From: a candidate division NPL-UPA2 bacterium Unc8
Lineage (GTDB): Bacteria; NPL-UPA2
Length of the DNA stretch: 64,000 bases
Assembly (NCBI GenBank): GCA_003574845.1
Contig: NDHY01000001.1
Span: 73,043 to 137,042 of the forward strand
Reading direction: 5' to 3'
Under the pieces are notes generated by a model, which worked only from the letters and a program-made list of their open reading frames with translations, was not told the DNA's origin and did not search any database. Below are positions 36,748 through 46,300 of this stretch, one piece after another. The position numbers were made by a program, and so were the translations under genes. How positions within the stretch are numbered: the first letter of the stretch is position 1; every line of letters starts with the position of its first letter.

Positions 36748-37010
36748 AAAGGCACAGAGGCACAAAGAAAATCAAAAATCAAAAGTCAAAATTACAATGC
36801 AAAATTCAAAATTAGAAATTGGGCCTACCCGTCATTCCCGCGAACGCGGGAATCCAGAGTAGCCCAGCCCTTTATGGGCGTAGTATATTAGGTGTTAGGT
36901 CTTGGGTGTTAGGCGGTGCGACCCCGATTTGCATCGGGGCATGTTTATCGCACATTGTTTCTGAAGGCTGAATGCTGATAGCTGATAGCTATTTAGGGTT
37001 TAGGGTTTAT
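36748..37010. repeat. Repeat mosaic E with embedded palindromes
   Basis: GGCACAGA/GGCACAAA, TCAAAA(A/G), GTTAGGT, GCTGATA, TTTAGGG units; ATTCCC-N8-GGGAAT (36834-36853); GTAG-led hairpin (36859-36879); CCCCGAT-TTGC-ATCGGGG (36922-36939). Confidence 0.85.
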
Positions 37011-37025
37011 AATTTATTGTAAAGA

Positions 37026-37712
37026 ATGAGAATAGATATTCTGACACTGTTCCCGGAGATGTTTGCCGGCCCTCTTGACTGCTCTATCATTGGAAAAGCA
37101 AGAGAAAAAGGCTGCGTGAATATTAATATTCACAATCTGCGGGATTTTTCTTCTGATGAGCGTCACAGAAAGGTAGATGACCGCCCCTACGGCGGTGGGC
37201 CGGGGATGGTAATAAAGCCTGAGCCAATATATAAGGCAATAGCTTCTATTGATAGCCATTCGGAGGGTTGTATTATTTTGATGTCACCGCAAGGGGAGAG
37301 GTTTAATCAGGAAAAAGCAAGGAAGCTCATAAAGAGAAAACATCTAATCCTTATCTGTGGTCGCTACGAAGGAATTGATGAACGGGTGCGGGAAAACTTA
37401 GTAGATGAGGAAATCTCTGTCGGAGATTATGTTGTTAGCGGAGGGGAGTTGCCGGCAATGATTGTTGTTGATGCGATAACTCGCCTTCTTCCAGGGGTTG
37501 TGGGCAGGGAAGAGTCAGTAAAAAAAGATTCCTTTTCTGAAGGAATGTTGGACTATCCCACCTACACCCGCCCTGCAATTTACCGGGGGATGGAAATACC
37601 TTCCGTCCTTCTTTCCGGAAACCATCTCCGGATTGAGAAATGGAGAAGAGAAGAGGCTTTGAGGCGGACTATCCTGCGAAGACCGGACATAATTAAGAAG
37701 GACCGAAAATGA
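37026..37712 (+). CDS. trmD: tRNA (guanine-N1)-methyltransferase
   Basis: [31 protein letters not shown]. Confidence 0.97.
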   Translation: MRIDILTLFPEMFAGPLDCSIIGKAREKGCVNINIHNLRDFSSDERHRKVDDRPYGGGPGMVIKPEPIYKAIASIDSHSEGCIILMSPQGERFNQEKARKLIKRKHLILICGRYEGIDERVRENLVDEEISVGDYVVSGGELPAMIVVDAITRLLPGVVGREESVKKDSFSEGMLDYPTYTRPAIYRGMEIPSVLLSGNHLRIEKWRREEALRRTILRRPDIIKKDRK

Positions 37713-38080
37713 AAAACGTGAAAGAAAGCTTCAGGGTTGGAGACATAGTTAGGATAAAGACAACTGTAGTTGAGGGAGATAAAAAGAGAGCGCAAACATT
37801 TGAAGGAATTGTTATTCGACTTCGTGGCAGAGGTTTGAGTGAAACCTTTACTACAAGACGCATCTCCTATGGAACCGGGGTTGAGAGAATATTTCCACTG
37901 CATTCTCCATTACTTGAGAGCATCAAAGTCGTAGAATCCAAGAAGGTGCGTCAGGGGAGGCCTTATTATTTGAGAGACCTCTCAGGAAAAGCAGCGCGCC
38001 TGAAGCATCGCCAGCCAGGAAAAAAAGATGAAGGATCTGGCAGAGGAAAGAAAAAGACTGCGAAGAATGTCGACGAATGA
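37709..38080 (+). CDS. rplS: 50S ribosomal protein L19
   Basis: [27 protein letters not shown]. Confidence 0.95.
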   Translation: MKNVKESFRVGDIVRIKTTVVEGDKKRAQTFEGIVIRLRGRGLSETFTTRRISYGTGVERIFPLHSPLLESIKVVESKKVRQGRPYYLRDLSGKAARLKHRQPGKKDEGSGRGKKKTAKNVDE

Positions 38081-38663
38081 GGAGAGACTGCGCACTGAAG
38101 GCGCAACCCTCATTGCCGGCATAGATGAAGTCGGGCGCGGAGCATTAGCCGGACCTGTGGTAGCTGCTGCCGTGGTGCTCCCGGAAGAGCCCTTCATTGA
38201 TGGAGTTCGTGACTCCAAAAAACTCTCCCCTATCAGGAGAGAGGAAATCTTTGCTGTAATTTACGGCATAGCCATTTCCATAGGAGTGGGAGTCATTGAT
38301 GCTAAGGTAATAGATAAGATAAATATACTTCAGGCAACGTACCTGGCGATGCGCCAGGCAGTTTCCCGATTAAGCTTCACACCTGACTATCTTCTCATTG
38401 ATGGATTCCCGGTGCCGGAAGTTGAGGTGCCTCAGCTTCCACTTCTTAAAGGAGATTCCAGGAGTATCTCCATTGCAGCAGCCTCCATCATTGCCAAAGT
38501 TACCAGGGACAGAATTATGATTGAAGAAGGAAGTGCTCATCCGTATTATGGATTTCTCAGGCATAAGGGATACGGAACAAAAGAGCATTACAGGGCTATT
38601 GCCAAATATGGCCCATGTTCTATCCATCGTCAGTCATTTAATTTATTCTTGCATGATGGCTAA
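38028..38663 (+). CDS. rnhB: Ribonuclease HII
   Basis: [31 protein letters not shown]. Confidence 0.96.
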   Translation: MKDLAEERKRLRRMSTNEERLRTEGATLIAGIDEVGRGALAGPVVAAAVVLPEEPFIDGVRDSKKLSPIRREEIFAVIYGIAISIGVGVIDAKVIDKINILQATYLAMRQAVSRLSFTPDYLLIDGFPVPEVEVPQLPLLKGDSRSISIAAASIIAKVTRDRIMIEEGSAHPYYGFLRHKGYGTKEHYRAIAKYGPCSIHRQSFNLFLHDG

Positions 38664-39009
38664 TAAACCTCTTGGTGAGTGGGGAGAAAGGGTCGCATTG
38701 CGATTTCTAAGGAGAAGAAAATATCAAATACTTGAGAAAAATTTTTCTTCCCCTCTGGGAGAGATAGACATAATTGGCAAAAAAGACAGAACCATCTGTT
38801 TCATTGAAGTAAAAACGCGGTCTTCCAGCGATTATGGCCCCCCAGAGGTGGCCATCACGCAGCAAAAACAGGATAAACTGAGAAAAGTTGCCCTTAGCTA
38901 TCTGAAGATGAAGAGGCTGGAGGAGAATTGTCGCTTTGATGTTGTATCTATACTCACTAACACCAGAGGATGTACAGAAAACATTAAATTGATTGAAGAT
39001 GCATTCTAA
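38653..39009 (+). CDS. yraN: YraN family endonuclease-like protein
   Basis: GEWGE, GEIDII, FIEVKTR, RFDVV; start moved to 38653/38656. Confidence 0.92.
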   Translation: MMANKPLGEWGERVALRFLRRRKYQILEKNFSSPLGEIDIIGKKDRTICFIEVKTRSSSDYGPPEVAITQQKQDKLRKVALSYLKMKRLEENCRFDVVSILTNTRGCTENIKLIEDAF

Positions 39010-39010
39010 G

Positions 39011-39150
39011 AAGGCACAAAGGCACAGAGGCACAAAGAAGCCTAAACTCTAAATACGAAACTCGAAACTCGAAACAAACTCAAAACTCAAATGACCGAAA
39101 TTCAAGACGTAGTTTAGGGTTTAGGGTTTAGGATTTAGGGTTTAGAATTT
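39011..39150. repeat. Repeat mosaic F
   Basis: GGCACA(A/G)A x3, CGAAACT block, then five TTTAGGG-type units at 39113-39147. Confidence 0.9.
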
Positions 39151-39165
39151 ATTTAAGAGGGAGGG

Positions 39166-39462
39166 ATGGGAATGAAAGCTGAACGAGAGACGGTGGAGGT
39201 TATTGCATTTGTGCCCGGGTACAGGATTAATGGGATAATTCATCTTCCTGTTGGAGGAAGAATTTCAGATCTTGTTAACATCAAGGAAAAGCGATTTGTT
39301 GCCATTACAAAAGCCAGCATCTACTCTGAGGGAACCGGAAGACTTTCCTACAAGTCAGAGTTTATCAACTTAAACAGAGATTACATAATACTTATTTTCC
39401 CGGCCTCAGGTGCCAGTAATACACAAAGTGGCCTCCAGAGCAATTATAAAATTTCACTCTAA
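39166..39462 (+). CDS. Small conserved hypothetical protein (DUF6812-like)
   Basis: RING.IHLP..GRISDLVN...F+A+T.A pattern; GGAGG RBS. Confidence 0.6.
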   Translation: MGMKAERETVEVIAFVPGYRINGIIHLPVGGRISDLVNIKEKRFVAITKASIYSEGTGRLSYKSEFINLNRDYIILIFPASGASNTQSGLQSNYKISL

Positions 39463-39550
39463 TTAAGGATGAAGATTTCTCACCCTTTTCCAATGGGGGA
39501 AGCGCTACACATCCTTAAGCTCCCACGGCGAAATGTGGTGATAAGGAAAG

Positions 39551-40066
39551 TCAGAGAGGCTTTTGAGCGATAAAAAATCCACCATGTCGCTTGAAATGAG
39601 CTACAAGCCCTCCATCCCTCAGGATGCTCATCATTATTTCCGGCAGCTGCTTCACTACAATTTCATGTGAACGATGCCACAGAACTCCTTTTTCCAGGCA
39701 CAGTTTTATTGCATCACCATTCTCTATTTCACCGGTATTACATTCAGCCAGCGGCAGTCCAATGTTAATGGAGTTGCGGCGAAAAATTCTGTCAAAGGAT
39801 TTTGCGACTACTCCGTTAATTCCGGCATACTTTATTGCTATAGAAGCCTCTTCTCTGGAAGAACCGCAACCAAAATTTTCGCCGGCAACAATAAAATTCC
39901 CCGCACTCCTCTTGCGGAAATCCGGATCTATATCTTCCATGCAATGTTGCGCTAATACATTGGGGTCCGTCAGCGCAAACTTGTAGCGTCCGGAGATAAT
40001 ATAATCTGTGCTAATGTCATCGTCAATGCTGAATTTTAATGCTCTACCTTTTAATATCATAAACAA
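39551..40066 (-). CDS. leuD: 3-isopropylmalate dehydratase/homoaconitase small subunit (short type)
   Basis: DDISTDYII, AGENFGCGSSRE, GGL; no large subunit adjacent. Confidence 0.85.
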   Translation of the reverse strand: MFMILKGRALKFSIDDDISTDYIISGRYKFALTDPNVLAQHCMEDIDPDFRKRSAGNFIVAGENFGCGSSREEASIAIKYAGINGVVAKSFDRIFRRNSINIGLPLAECNTGEIENGDAIKLCLEKGVLWHRSHEIVVKQLPEIMMSILRDGGLVAHFKRHGGFFIAQKPL

Positions 40067-40078
40067 GCTATCCCCTTT

Positions 40079-40269
40079 CCCACCACCTACCTACCACTTA
40101 CCTATCTATTATTACATATATCTGCAAGAAATATCTATTAAAATCTTCTTTTTTTCTTGACAGCTCTGGCGAGGGGATGTATAAGCCATTTCACACTCCG
40201 AGTCTGAATGCTTAAGTTCCGAGAAATAGAATCACAGACTACTCACTACTTACTACCTGCTACTTACTC
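40079..40269. repeat. Degenerate CTAC-rich heptamer tracts G flanking the moaA promoter region
   Basis: CTACCAC/CTACTCA/CTACTTA-type units at 40079-40108 and 40237-40269. Confidence 0.6.
40157..40185 (+). promoter_or_regulatory. Putative sigma70 promoter of the moa operon
   Basis: TTGACA-17 bp-TATAAG. Confidence 0.5.
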
Positions 40270-40299
40270 ATCTTAATGATAAATAGTGTATGGTAAATA

Positions 40300-41247
40300 A
40301 TGATTGATTACTTGCGTGTTTCAGTTACTGACAGATGTAATCTGAGGTGTATTCATTGTCATCCTCTTGGCGGGAAGAAATTCCTTGCCCCTGAGGAGAT
40401 ACTGAGATATGAAGAGATAGTAGATGCCGTGAGCATCCTATCCCTAAAAGGAGTAAGAAGAGTAAGACTAACCGGGGGTGAGCCACTGGTAAGAATTGGA
40501 ATTGAAAACCTTGTGCGGATGCTTAAAAGAATCAATTCTTTATCCGAGATAACTTTAACTACCAACGGCGTCGCCTTAGGAGAAAAGGCAAAAATCCTTA
40601 AAGAAGCAGGGCTAAACAGAGTTAACATAAGCCTTAACACACTTAAAAGAGAGAGATATATAGAGCTAACAGGCAGGGACGCCCTTCAGTCCGTCTTGAA
40701 CTCTATATTTGAGGCATTATCAGTGGGCCTCAAGCCAGTGAAAATAAACACAGTTTTGTTTAAGGGAATAAATGAAGACGAAATAATTGATTTTGTGAAG
40801 TTAACCATTGACCATGATGTATCTACGCGATTTATTGAGTATTTCCCCACAGCCATGGAATTTTCAGCACTTGAGAAGAAGAGAATTCTCAATAATGTTA
40901 TCAAAGACTTAATTGAGAAACGGTTTGATAGGCTCCTACCTGCTGATGACACAGTAAGTGCTGGCCCGGCAGTGAGTTACCGACTGCCTGATGCCAGAGG
41001 ACAAATAGACTTCATAAGTCCGATTAGTGAAAATTTTTGTGACAGGTGTAATCGGCTTAGATTGAGCGCTGAAGGAAAGTTGTATCCCTGCCTTTTCTCA
41101 CCGCCCGATATTGACATCAAGAGTGCTTTGCGTAACGGCTCCAGAGAAGAATTAGAAAGGTTGATAGATGAGCTCATACTAAAAAAGGCTGAGCATAATG
41201 AGCCTAAAGGGCGAGGCGAGTTCATAATGAGCGATATCGGAGGATAA
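40300..41247 (+). CDS. moaA: GTP 3',8-cyclase
   Basis: YLRVSVTDRCNLRCIHC, LTGGEP, FCDRCNRLRL, C-terminal IGG. Confidence 0.96.
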   Translation: MIDYLRVSVTDRCNLRCIHCHPLGGKKFLAPEEILRYEEIVDAVSILSLKGVRRVRLTGGEPLVRIGIENLVRMLKRINSLSEITLTTNGVALGEKAKILKEAGLNRVNISLNTLKRERYIELTGRDALQSVLNSIFEALSVGLKPVKINTVLFKGINEDEIIDFVKLTIDHDVSTRFIEYFPTAMEFSALEKKRILNNVIKDLIEKRFDRLLPADDTVSAGPAVSYRLPDARGQIDFISPISENFCDRCNRLRLSAEGKLYPCLFSPPDIDIKSALRNGSREELERLIDELILKKAEHNEPKGRGEFIMSDIGG

Positions 41248-41699
41248 TGAAGAAAAAGAAGGAATTAATGAATGGTATGATTGATGTGAGCGGCAAAGAA
41301 TTAACCAAGAGAATTGCCATATCTCAGGCTATGATTAAACTCGGCCCCTCCACTCTCAATCTGATAAAAAATGGCGAGATATTAAAAGGAGATGTGTTAG
41401 AGCAGGCAAGAGTAGCGGGAATAATGGCAGCAAAAAAGACCCCTGCAATTATCCCTCTCTGCCATCCATTATGGCTCTCTCAGATTAAGATATCCTTTTC
41501 TTTTCTTGATGATGGAATCTCCATTACCTCTCAGGTATCTGCAATCGAAAGAACAGGCGTAGAGATGGAGTCTCTCCTTGCCTGTGCAATCTCAGCCCTT
41601 ACCATTTATGACATGTGCAAGATGTATGATAAGACCATTGAAATCACCGATATTAAGTTATTAGAGAAGAAAAAATCCTCACACGGAGGGCGCCCGTAA
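41247..41699 (+). CDS. moaC: Cyclic pyranopterin monophosphate synthase
   Basis: MIDVS.K, KGDV, IPLCHP, TGVEME, IYDMCK. Confidence 0.95.
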   Translation: MKKKKELMNGMIDVSGKELTKRIAISQAMIKLGPSTLNLIKNGEILKGDVLEQARVAGIMAAKKTPAIIPLCHPLWLSQIKISFSFLDDGISITSQVSAIERTGVEMESLLACAISALTIYDMCKMYDKTIEITDIKLLEKKKSSHGGRP

Positions 41700-41704
41700 T
41701 TAAA

Positions 41705-42970
41705 ATGCTTGAACTTGAAGAGGCTACTCTAAGGATACTCGGCAGAATTAGGAAGCGAAGCGCTAAAACAGTAGCATTGGAAGAGGCTTTGGGGTTTGTT
41801 CTTGCCGAGGATATCGTTGCCCCATTTGACATGCCCCCATTTAACAAATCAGCTATGGATGGCTATGCAGTTTCCTCAACCGACATCGACTCCCCTCCTG
41901 TCAGGTTGCGTTGCACAGGAGAGGTCCCGGCAGGCAGCTACTCTAAATTTGCAATAAAGAAGGGGGAATGCGTAAAGATTATGACAGGCTCTCCAATTCC
42001 AGAAGGAGCAGACAGTGTAGTAATGGTAGAAGTCACAAAGTCGGTAAGCAGTCGGCAGTCGGCAGTCGGCAGTCGGCAGTCGGCAGTCAGAAGAGGCGGA
42101 CGGCGGGTTGTGGATTATGAGCAGATAGAGGTCTCGAAGCGAGTTAAAGAAGGAGAGAATGTATGTTTTAGAGGAGAGGAGATAAAAAATGGAGCCCTTG
42201 TTCTTCAGAAGGGGACCCTCATTAGAGCAGTTGAAGTTTCCGTCGCAGCTTCACTGGGAAAAGCAAGAATTAAAGTATATGAGGCGCCAAAGATTGCTGT
42301 CCTGACTACGGGTAGTGAGATAGTTGAGCCTGGCAGGAGAGTCGGTTACGGAAAAATTTACAATTCAAACGCGCATCTCATCCGCTCACTACTCTCATCT
42401 ATGAACTTAAAAGGGGAGTATCTTGGAATAGCCCGAGACGATGAAAAGCATCTCACCCTTAGAATAAAAGCAGGGTTGAAGTATGAAGTTCTTATCATCT
42501 CGGGGGGCGTCTCTCAGGGAGATTACGACCTTGTCCCTCGCATACTAAAAAAATGCCAGGTGAGAGAGGTGTTTCATAAGGTATCAATAAAACCAGGCAA
42601 GCCTTTCCTGTTTGGTGTCAGGGGCAGAACGCTCGTTTTTGGGGTTCCCGGCAACCCGGTTTCCACATACCTGAGCTTTCTGGTACTGATCAGACCTGCT
42701 CTAAATAAAATGATGGGCAAAGACGCATCTTGCAGCATTTGCAAAGGAATACTAATGAGTGATTTTCATGGAAGAGGAGGGCGAAAACGCTTTTTGCCTG
42801 TGTCCACGAGGATGAGAGGTAATATAAGGGAAGTCTTCCCGGTAACAACATATCATGGTTCAGCCGACATGGCTGCCCTCGTCAGGGCAGATAGCTTTAT
42901 GATTGTGGAGAGAGAACTCTTGTCCTTAAAGAAAGGCTCTGAAGTAGATATTTTGGCTTTTTCTGAATAG
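41705..42970 (+). CDS. moeA: Molybdopterin molybdotransferase with an in-frame repeat insertion
   Basis: PPFNKSAMDGYA, IMTG, SGGVSQGDYD, KPGKP, PGNPVS. Confidence 0.95.
   Translation: MLELEEATLRILGRIRKRSAKTVALEEALGFVLAEDIVAPFDMPPFNKSAMDGYAVSSTDIDSPPVRLRCTGEVPAGSYSKFAIKKGECVKIMTGSPIPEGADSVVMVEVTKSVSSRQSAVGSRQSAVRRGGRRVVDYEQIEVSKRVKEGENVCFRGEEIKNGALVLQKGTLIRAVEVSVAASLGKARIKVYEAPKIAVLTTGSEIVEPGRRVGYGKIYNSNAHLIRSLLSSMNLKGEYLGIARDDEKHLTLRIKAGLKYEVLIISGGVSQGDYDLVPRILKKCQVREVFHKVSIKPGKPFLFGVRGRTLVFGVPGNPVSTYLSFLVLIRPALNKMMGKDASCSICKGILMSDFHGRGGRKRFLPVSTRMRGNIREVFPVTTYHGSADMAALVRADSFMIVERELLSLKKGSEVDILAFSE
42048..42089. repeat. (GCAGTCG)x5 + GCAGTCA within moeA
   Basis: Six heptamers = 42 bp, frame preserved, within SSRQSAVGSRQSAVRR. 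Confidence 0.95.
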
Positions 42971-42987
42971 GGAGGAGGATTCCTAAT

Positions 42988-43263
42988 ATGACGCGTGATG
43001 ATATGGCAGTTAATCTTTCAAAAGAAGTGGGATTGCGTCGCAGGGAAGCGCGCATAATTATTGACCGTATATTTGAAGATATATCCGGGTGTCTGGGGAG
43101 AGGAGAGAGTGTCACATTGCGAGGGTTTGGCACTTTCAGTGTGAGGCGACAAAAGGCGCGCCTGGGGAGAAATCCAAGAAAACCCGAAATTGAAGTCCAT
43201 ATCCCGGAAAGAAAAGTTGTCCATTTTAAGGCTGGAGGAAAACTAAGCGGGATGGTGAAATAA
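42988..43263 (+). CDS. HU/IHF family DNA-binding protein
   Basis: LRGFGTF, ARLGRNP, IPER.V..FKAG. Confidence 0.93.
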   Translation: MTRDDMAVNLSKEVGLRRREARIIIDRIFEDISGCLGRGESVTLRGFGTFSVRRQKARLGRNPRKPEIEVHIPERKVVHFKAGGKLSGMVK

Positions 43264-43271
43264 TAATCTAA

Positions 43272-44564
43272 ATGAGCAGACTTTCTTTCAAGGAAATACG
43301 CGGAACGGAAGACATTCTCCCTGAAAAGATAGGCGTCTGGAGAAGGATGGAGAATGCTGCCCGAGAGGTATTTGACCTCTACTGCTATGAGGAACTGCGG
43401 ACGCCAATTTTAGAAGAGACAGGACTTTTCATAAGCGGAGTTGGCGAGACCTCGGATATTGTAACCAAGCAGATGTTCAGCCTTGCTGACAGAAAAGGAA
43501 GAAGCCTTACTCTGCGCCCGGAGGGGACAGCTCCAATAATCAGGGCGTATCTAAAACACAGAATCTATAAGAATCCTATTGCTAAGATTTTCTACATGGG
43601 GCCATTTTTTCGCTCAGAGCGTCCCCAGGCAGGAAGGGAAAGACAGTTTCATCAGATTGGAGCAGAGGCAATCGGCTGCGATAATCCTTCTATGGATGCT
43701 GAAGTTATTTCACTCCTGATACATCTCCTAAATAAATTTGGTATCACGGGCGGGCGGTTAGAGCTAAACAGCGTTGGCTGCTCCCTCTGCCAGGGTCCCT
43801 ACAAAGAAAAGCTCAGGGAATACTTTGCCGGGGAAGAAACCCCCTTATGTCCGGATTGTCAGAGGAGACTAAACAAAAACCCCTTGCGAGTGTTAGATTG
43901 TAAACGACCGGAGTGCCAGTCGCTGATAGTAGATGCACCGCCTCTCCCTGACTACCTATGCAACTCTTGCTCAGAACATTTCCAGAAAGTTCAGGCTATT
44001 CTTAAATCACTTAGCATATCTTATCATCTCCATCCATACCTGGTAAGAGGATTAGATTATTATACGCGCACTGCATTTGAGATAACCCATCCAGCCCTGG
44101 GGTCACAAAATGCCGTAGCTGCCGGCGGAAGATTTGATAATCTCGTAGAAAAAATGGGAGGTGAGCTAACACCCGCTGTTGGCTTTGCTCTTGGAATGGA
44201 GAGAATAATTCTTATTCAGGAAAAAGAAAAGGTCACTGCTCCTTTAGAAACTCGCCTCTCTGTCTATCTGGCTCCACAGGGCAAGGAAGCTTTTCAGGAG
44301 ATGGTAAATCTATTGAAAGAGCTCCGGCAAAACGGGATAAAAAGCGAACTGGACTATGAAGGAAAAAGATTAAAGAATCAGCTCCGCCTTGCCAACAAGC
44401 TCAATGCTCAATATGTCGCTATTTTAGGAGAGGAGGAACTGAGGAGAAAAACTATAACTCTTAAAAACATGGATACAGGGAAACAAGAAGAGCTGCCCAT
44501 TGATTTATCAGATTGCCTAAATTTTATAAGCAAGGTGCTACACCTGATACCACCCCACATCTAA
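43272..44564 (+). CDS. hisS: Histidine--tRNA ligase
   Basis: RGTED, LRPEGTA, ERPQAGR.RQFHQ, VRGLDYY, GFALGMER. Confidence 0.97.
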   Translation: MSRLSFKEIRGTEDILPEKIGVWRRMENAAREVFDLYCYEELRTPILEETGLFISGVGETSDIVTKQMFSLADRKGRSLTLRPEGTAPIIRAYLKHRIYKNPIAKIFYMGPFFRSERPQAGRERQFHQIGAEAIGCDNPSMDAEVISLLIHLLNKFGITGGRLELNSVGCSLCQGPYKEKLREYFAGEETPLCPDCQRRLNKNPLRVLDCKRPECQSLIVDAPPLPDYLCNSCSEHFQKVQAILKSLSISYHLHPYLVRGLDYYTRTAFEITHPALGSQNAVAAGGRFDNLVEKMGGELTPAVGFALGMERIILIQEKEKVTAPLETRLSVYLAPQGKEAFQEMVNLLKELRQNGIKSELDYEGKRLKNQLRLANKLNAQYVAILGEEELRRKTITLKNMDTGKQEELPIDLSDCLNFISKVLHLIPPHI

Positions 44565-44569
44565 ATAGC

Positions 44570-44784
44570 GCACCAGAGCACCAGAACACCAATTTCCAAT
44601 TTCTAATTTCTAATTTTCAATTAATTTCCAATTTCCAATTTCATCTCTCTCTACTCTCTACTCTCTACTAAATAGCTATCAGCTATCAGCATTCAGCCTT
44701 CCAATTTTCAATTTTCAATTTCAAGCCCTGAACCCTGAGCCCTGAACCCTGAGCCCTGAGCCCTTTGTGCCTCTGTGCCTTTGT
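44570..44784. repeat. Repeat mosaic I, overlapping the der 3' end
   Basis: GCACCAGA, AATTTC(C/T), CTCTCTA, TATCAGC, CCCTGA(A/G), CT(C/T)TGTGC blocks. Confidence 0.9.
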
Positions 44785-46108
44785 ACATAACGACTCTTAT
44801 TGGCGTTCCTTCAAAACCAAACGCCCTCCGAAGCCTGTTAGAGAGATAAGAGAGGTAAGAGTTGCTCAAGAATTGTGGATGATTGGCAAATAGCCTAAAA
44901 GTCGGCGGCTTCACTCCTACCTGGCGAATGTATTTTATTTTTATTGGCTTTACCGGAGAAGAGGGCGGTGGATGTTCTTTTTTTATCTGGCCAAACAGAG
45001 CATCCAGAATGCCTCTTTCAACTCTTGTGTTCTGAGCACTGGAGACCAGACGGATAAGATTAATTACTTCAAACACCCCTTCTCCGGTAATGGAAGAGGT
45101 GAAAATAATCGGGGCAAAGCGAAGAAAGTGGAGCTTTTTTCTTATCATCATCTCATGGTTTCTTTGTACATTGCTGCTCAATTTTTTTTTCTTGACCAGG
45201 TCCCATTTATTAGCTACGAGAATGCACCCTCTCCCCTTTTGGCACACATAGCTTCCAATATGAGCATCCTGCGTTGTCGCTCCGCTGGTGATGTCAATCA
45301 AAAGAAGTGAAATATCAGATCTTTCAATGCTCTTTCTTGCCCACAAACCGCTGTAACTCTCAATGCCCTTTTTTACCCTGGCTCGTGACCTCATTCCTGC
45401 GGTGTCAACAAAGGTAAACTCTTCATCTTCTACACGAAAGAATGTGTCAACGGCATCATGCGTCGTTCCCGGCTTATCATCAACGATGAGCCTTTCTTCC
45501 CCAAGAAGTTTATTAATAAAAGAAGATTTGCCGACATTGGGCCTCCCAACTACGGAGACTATTATCGGCTTCCGTGTTTCAATATCATCAACTGCCGATA
45601 AAGATAAAAAGGTACTAATGTGCTCTAAAAGCTGGTTGATATTAAGTCCATGCTCCGCTGAGATACAGAGTAGTTCCCTCAGCCCAAGACTATAAAAGTC
45701 AGAAACTTTCTCTTCTAATTTTCTGCTGTCAATTTTGTTGACAACGAGAATAATCGGCACACTTGCCTTTCGTAATACCTCTTCAACATCTTCATCGGCC
45801 GGGACCAGTCCCTCTCTCCCATCAACAAGGAAGAGAATTAAGTTCGCCTCCTCAATTGCCACTCCTGCCTGTTTTCTGACAAGTGAGGAGATGTTATTAG
45901 AGGAAGCATCCAGAATGAGCCCTCCGGTATCAACAAGAGAAAACTTTCCTTTCTTCCATGCCACCTCTCCATAAATTCTGTCTCTGGTTGCGCCTGGCTC
46001 AGAAGTAATGATGGCCCTTCTCCTGCCAATAATGCGATTGAAAAGAGTGGACTTGCCTACATTTGGCCTCCCTACAATAGCGACCAATGGCAAGGTTTTT
46101 GATTTCAT
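44708..46108 (-). CDS. der: Ribosome biogenesis GTPase Der (EngA)
   Basis: Two GRPNVGKS G-domains, DTGG/DTAG, NKID/NKWD, GFEGTPI; start 46108 or 46132. Confidence 0.96.
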   Translation of the reverse strand: MKSKTLPLVAIVGRPNVGKSTLFNRIIGRRRAIITSEPGATRDRIYGEVAWKKGKFSLVDTGGLILDASSNNISSLVRKQAGVAIEEANLILFLVDGREGLVPADEDVEEVLRKASVPIILVVNKIDSRKLEEKVSDFYSLGLRELLCISAEHGLNINQLLEHISTFLSLSAVDDIETRKPIIVSVVGRPNVGKSSFINKLLGEERLIVDDKPGTTHDAVDTFFRVEDEEFTFVDTAGMRSRARVKKGIESYSGLWARKSIERSDISLLLIDITSGATTQDAHIGSYVCQKGRGCILVANKWDLVKKKKLSSNVQRNHEMMIRKKLHFLRFAPIIFTSSITGEGVFEVINLIRLVSSAQNTRVERGILDALFGQIKKEHPPPSSPVKPIKIKYIRQVGVKPPTFRLFANHPQFLSNSYLSYLSNRLRRAFGFEGTPIRVVMYKGTEAQRAQGSGFRAQGSGLEIEN

Positions 46109-46300
46109 GATTTCGGATTTCGGATTTTTCATTCTTTGTGCCTTTTTTATATCACAGGCAAGCAATCAATGGCAATATAGAAATTAGTGCGTAAACCCCT
46201 TTCGTTAGAGATTTATCTCTAAGCGGGGTAAATTTATCATTGCGACTGAAAGAAATGTTTGATATAATTCTTTTTCTGAATTATTGATTGAAATATTGAA

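Noticed and set aside
39113-39147. TTTAGGG units as plant telomere contamination or a G-quadruplex
   Set aside because: Only three perfect units, embedded among bacterial genes and part of the local heptamer family; too few intact G-tracts
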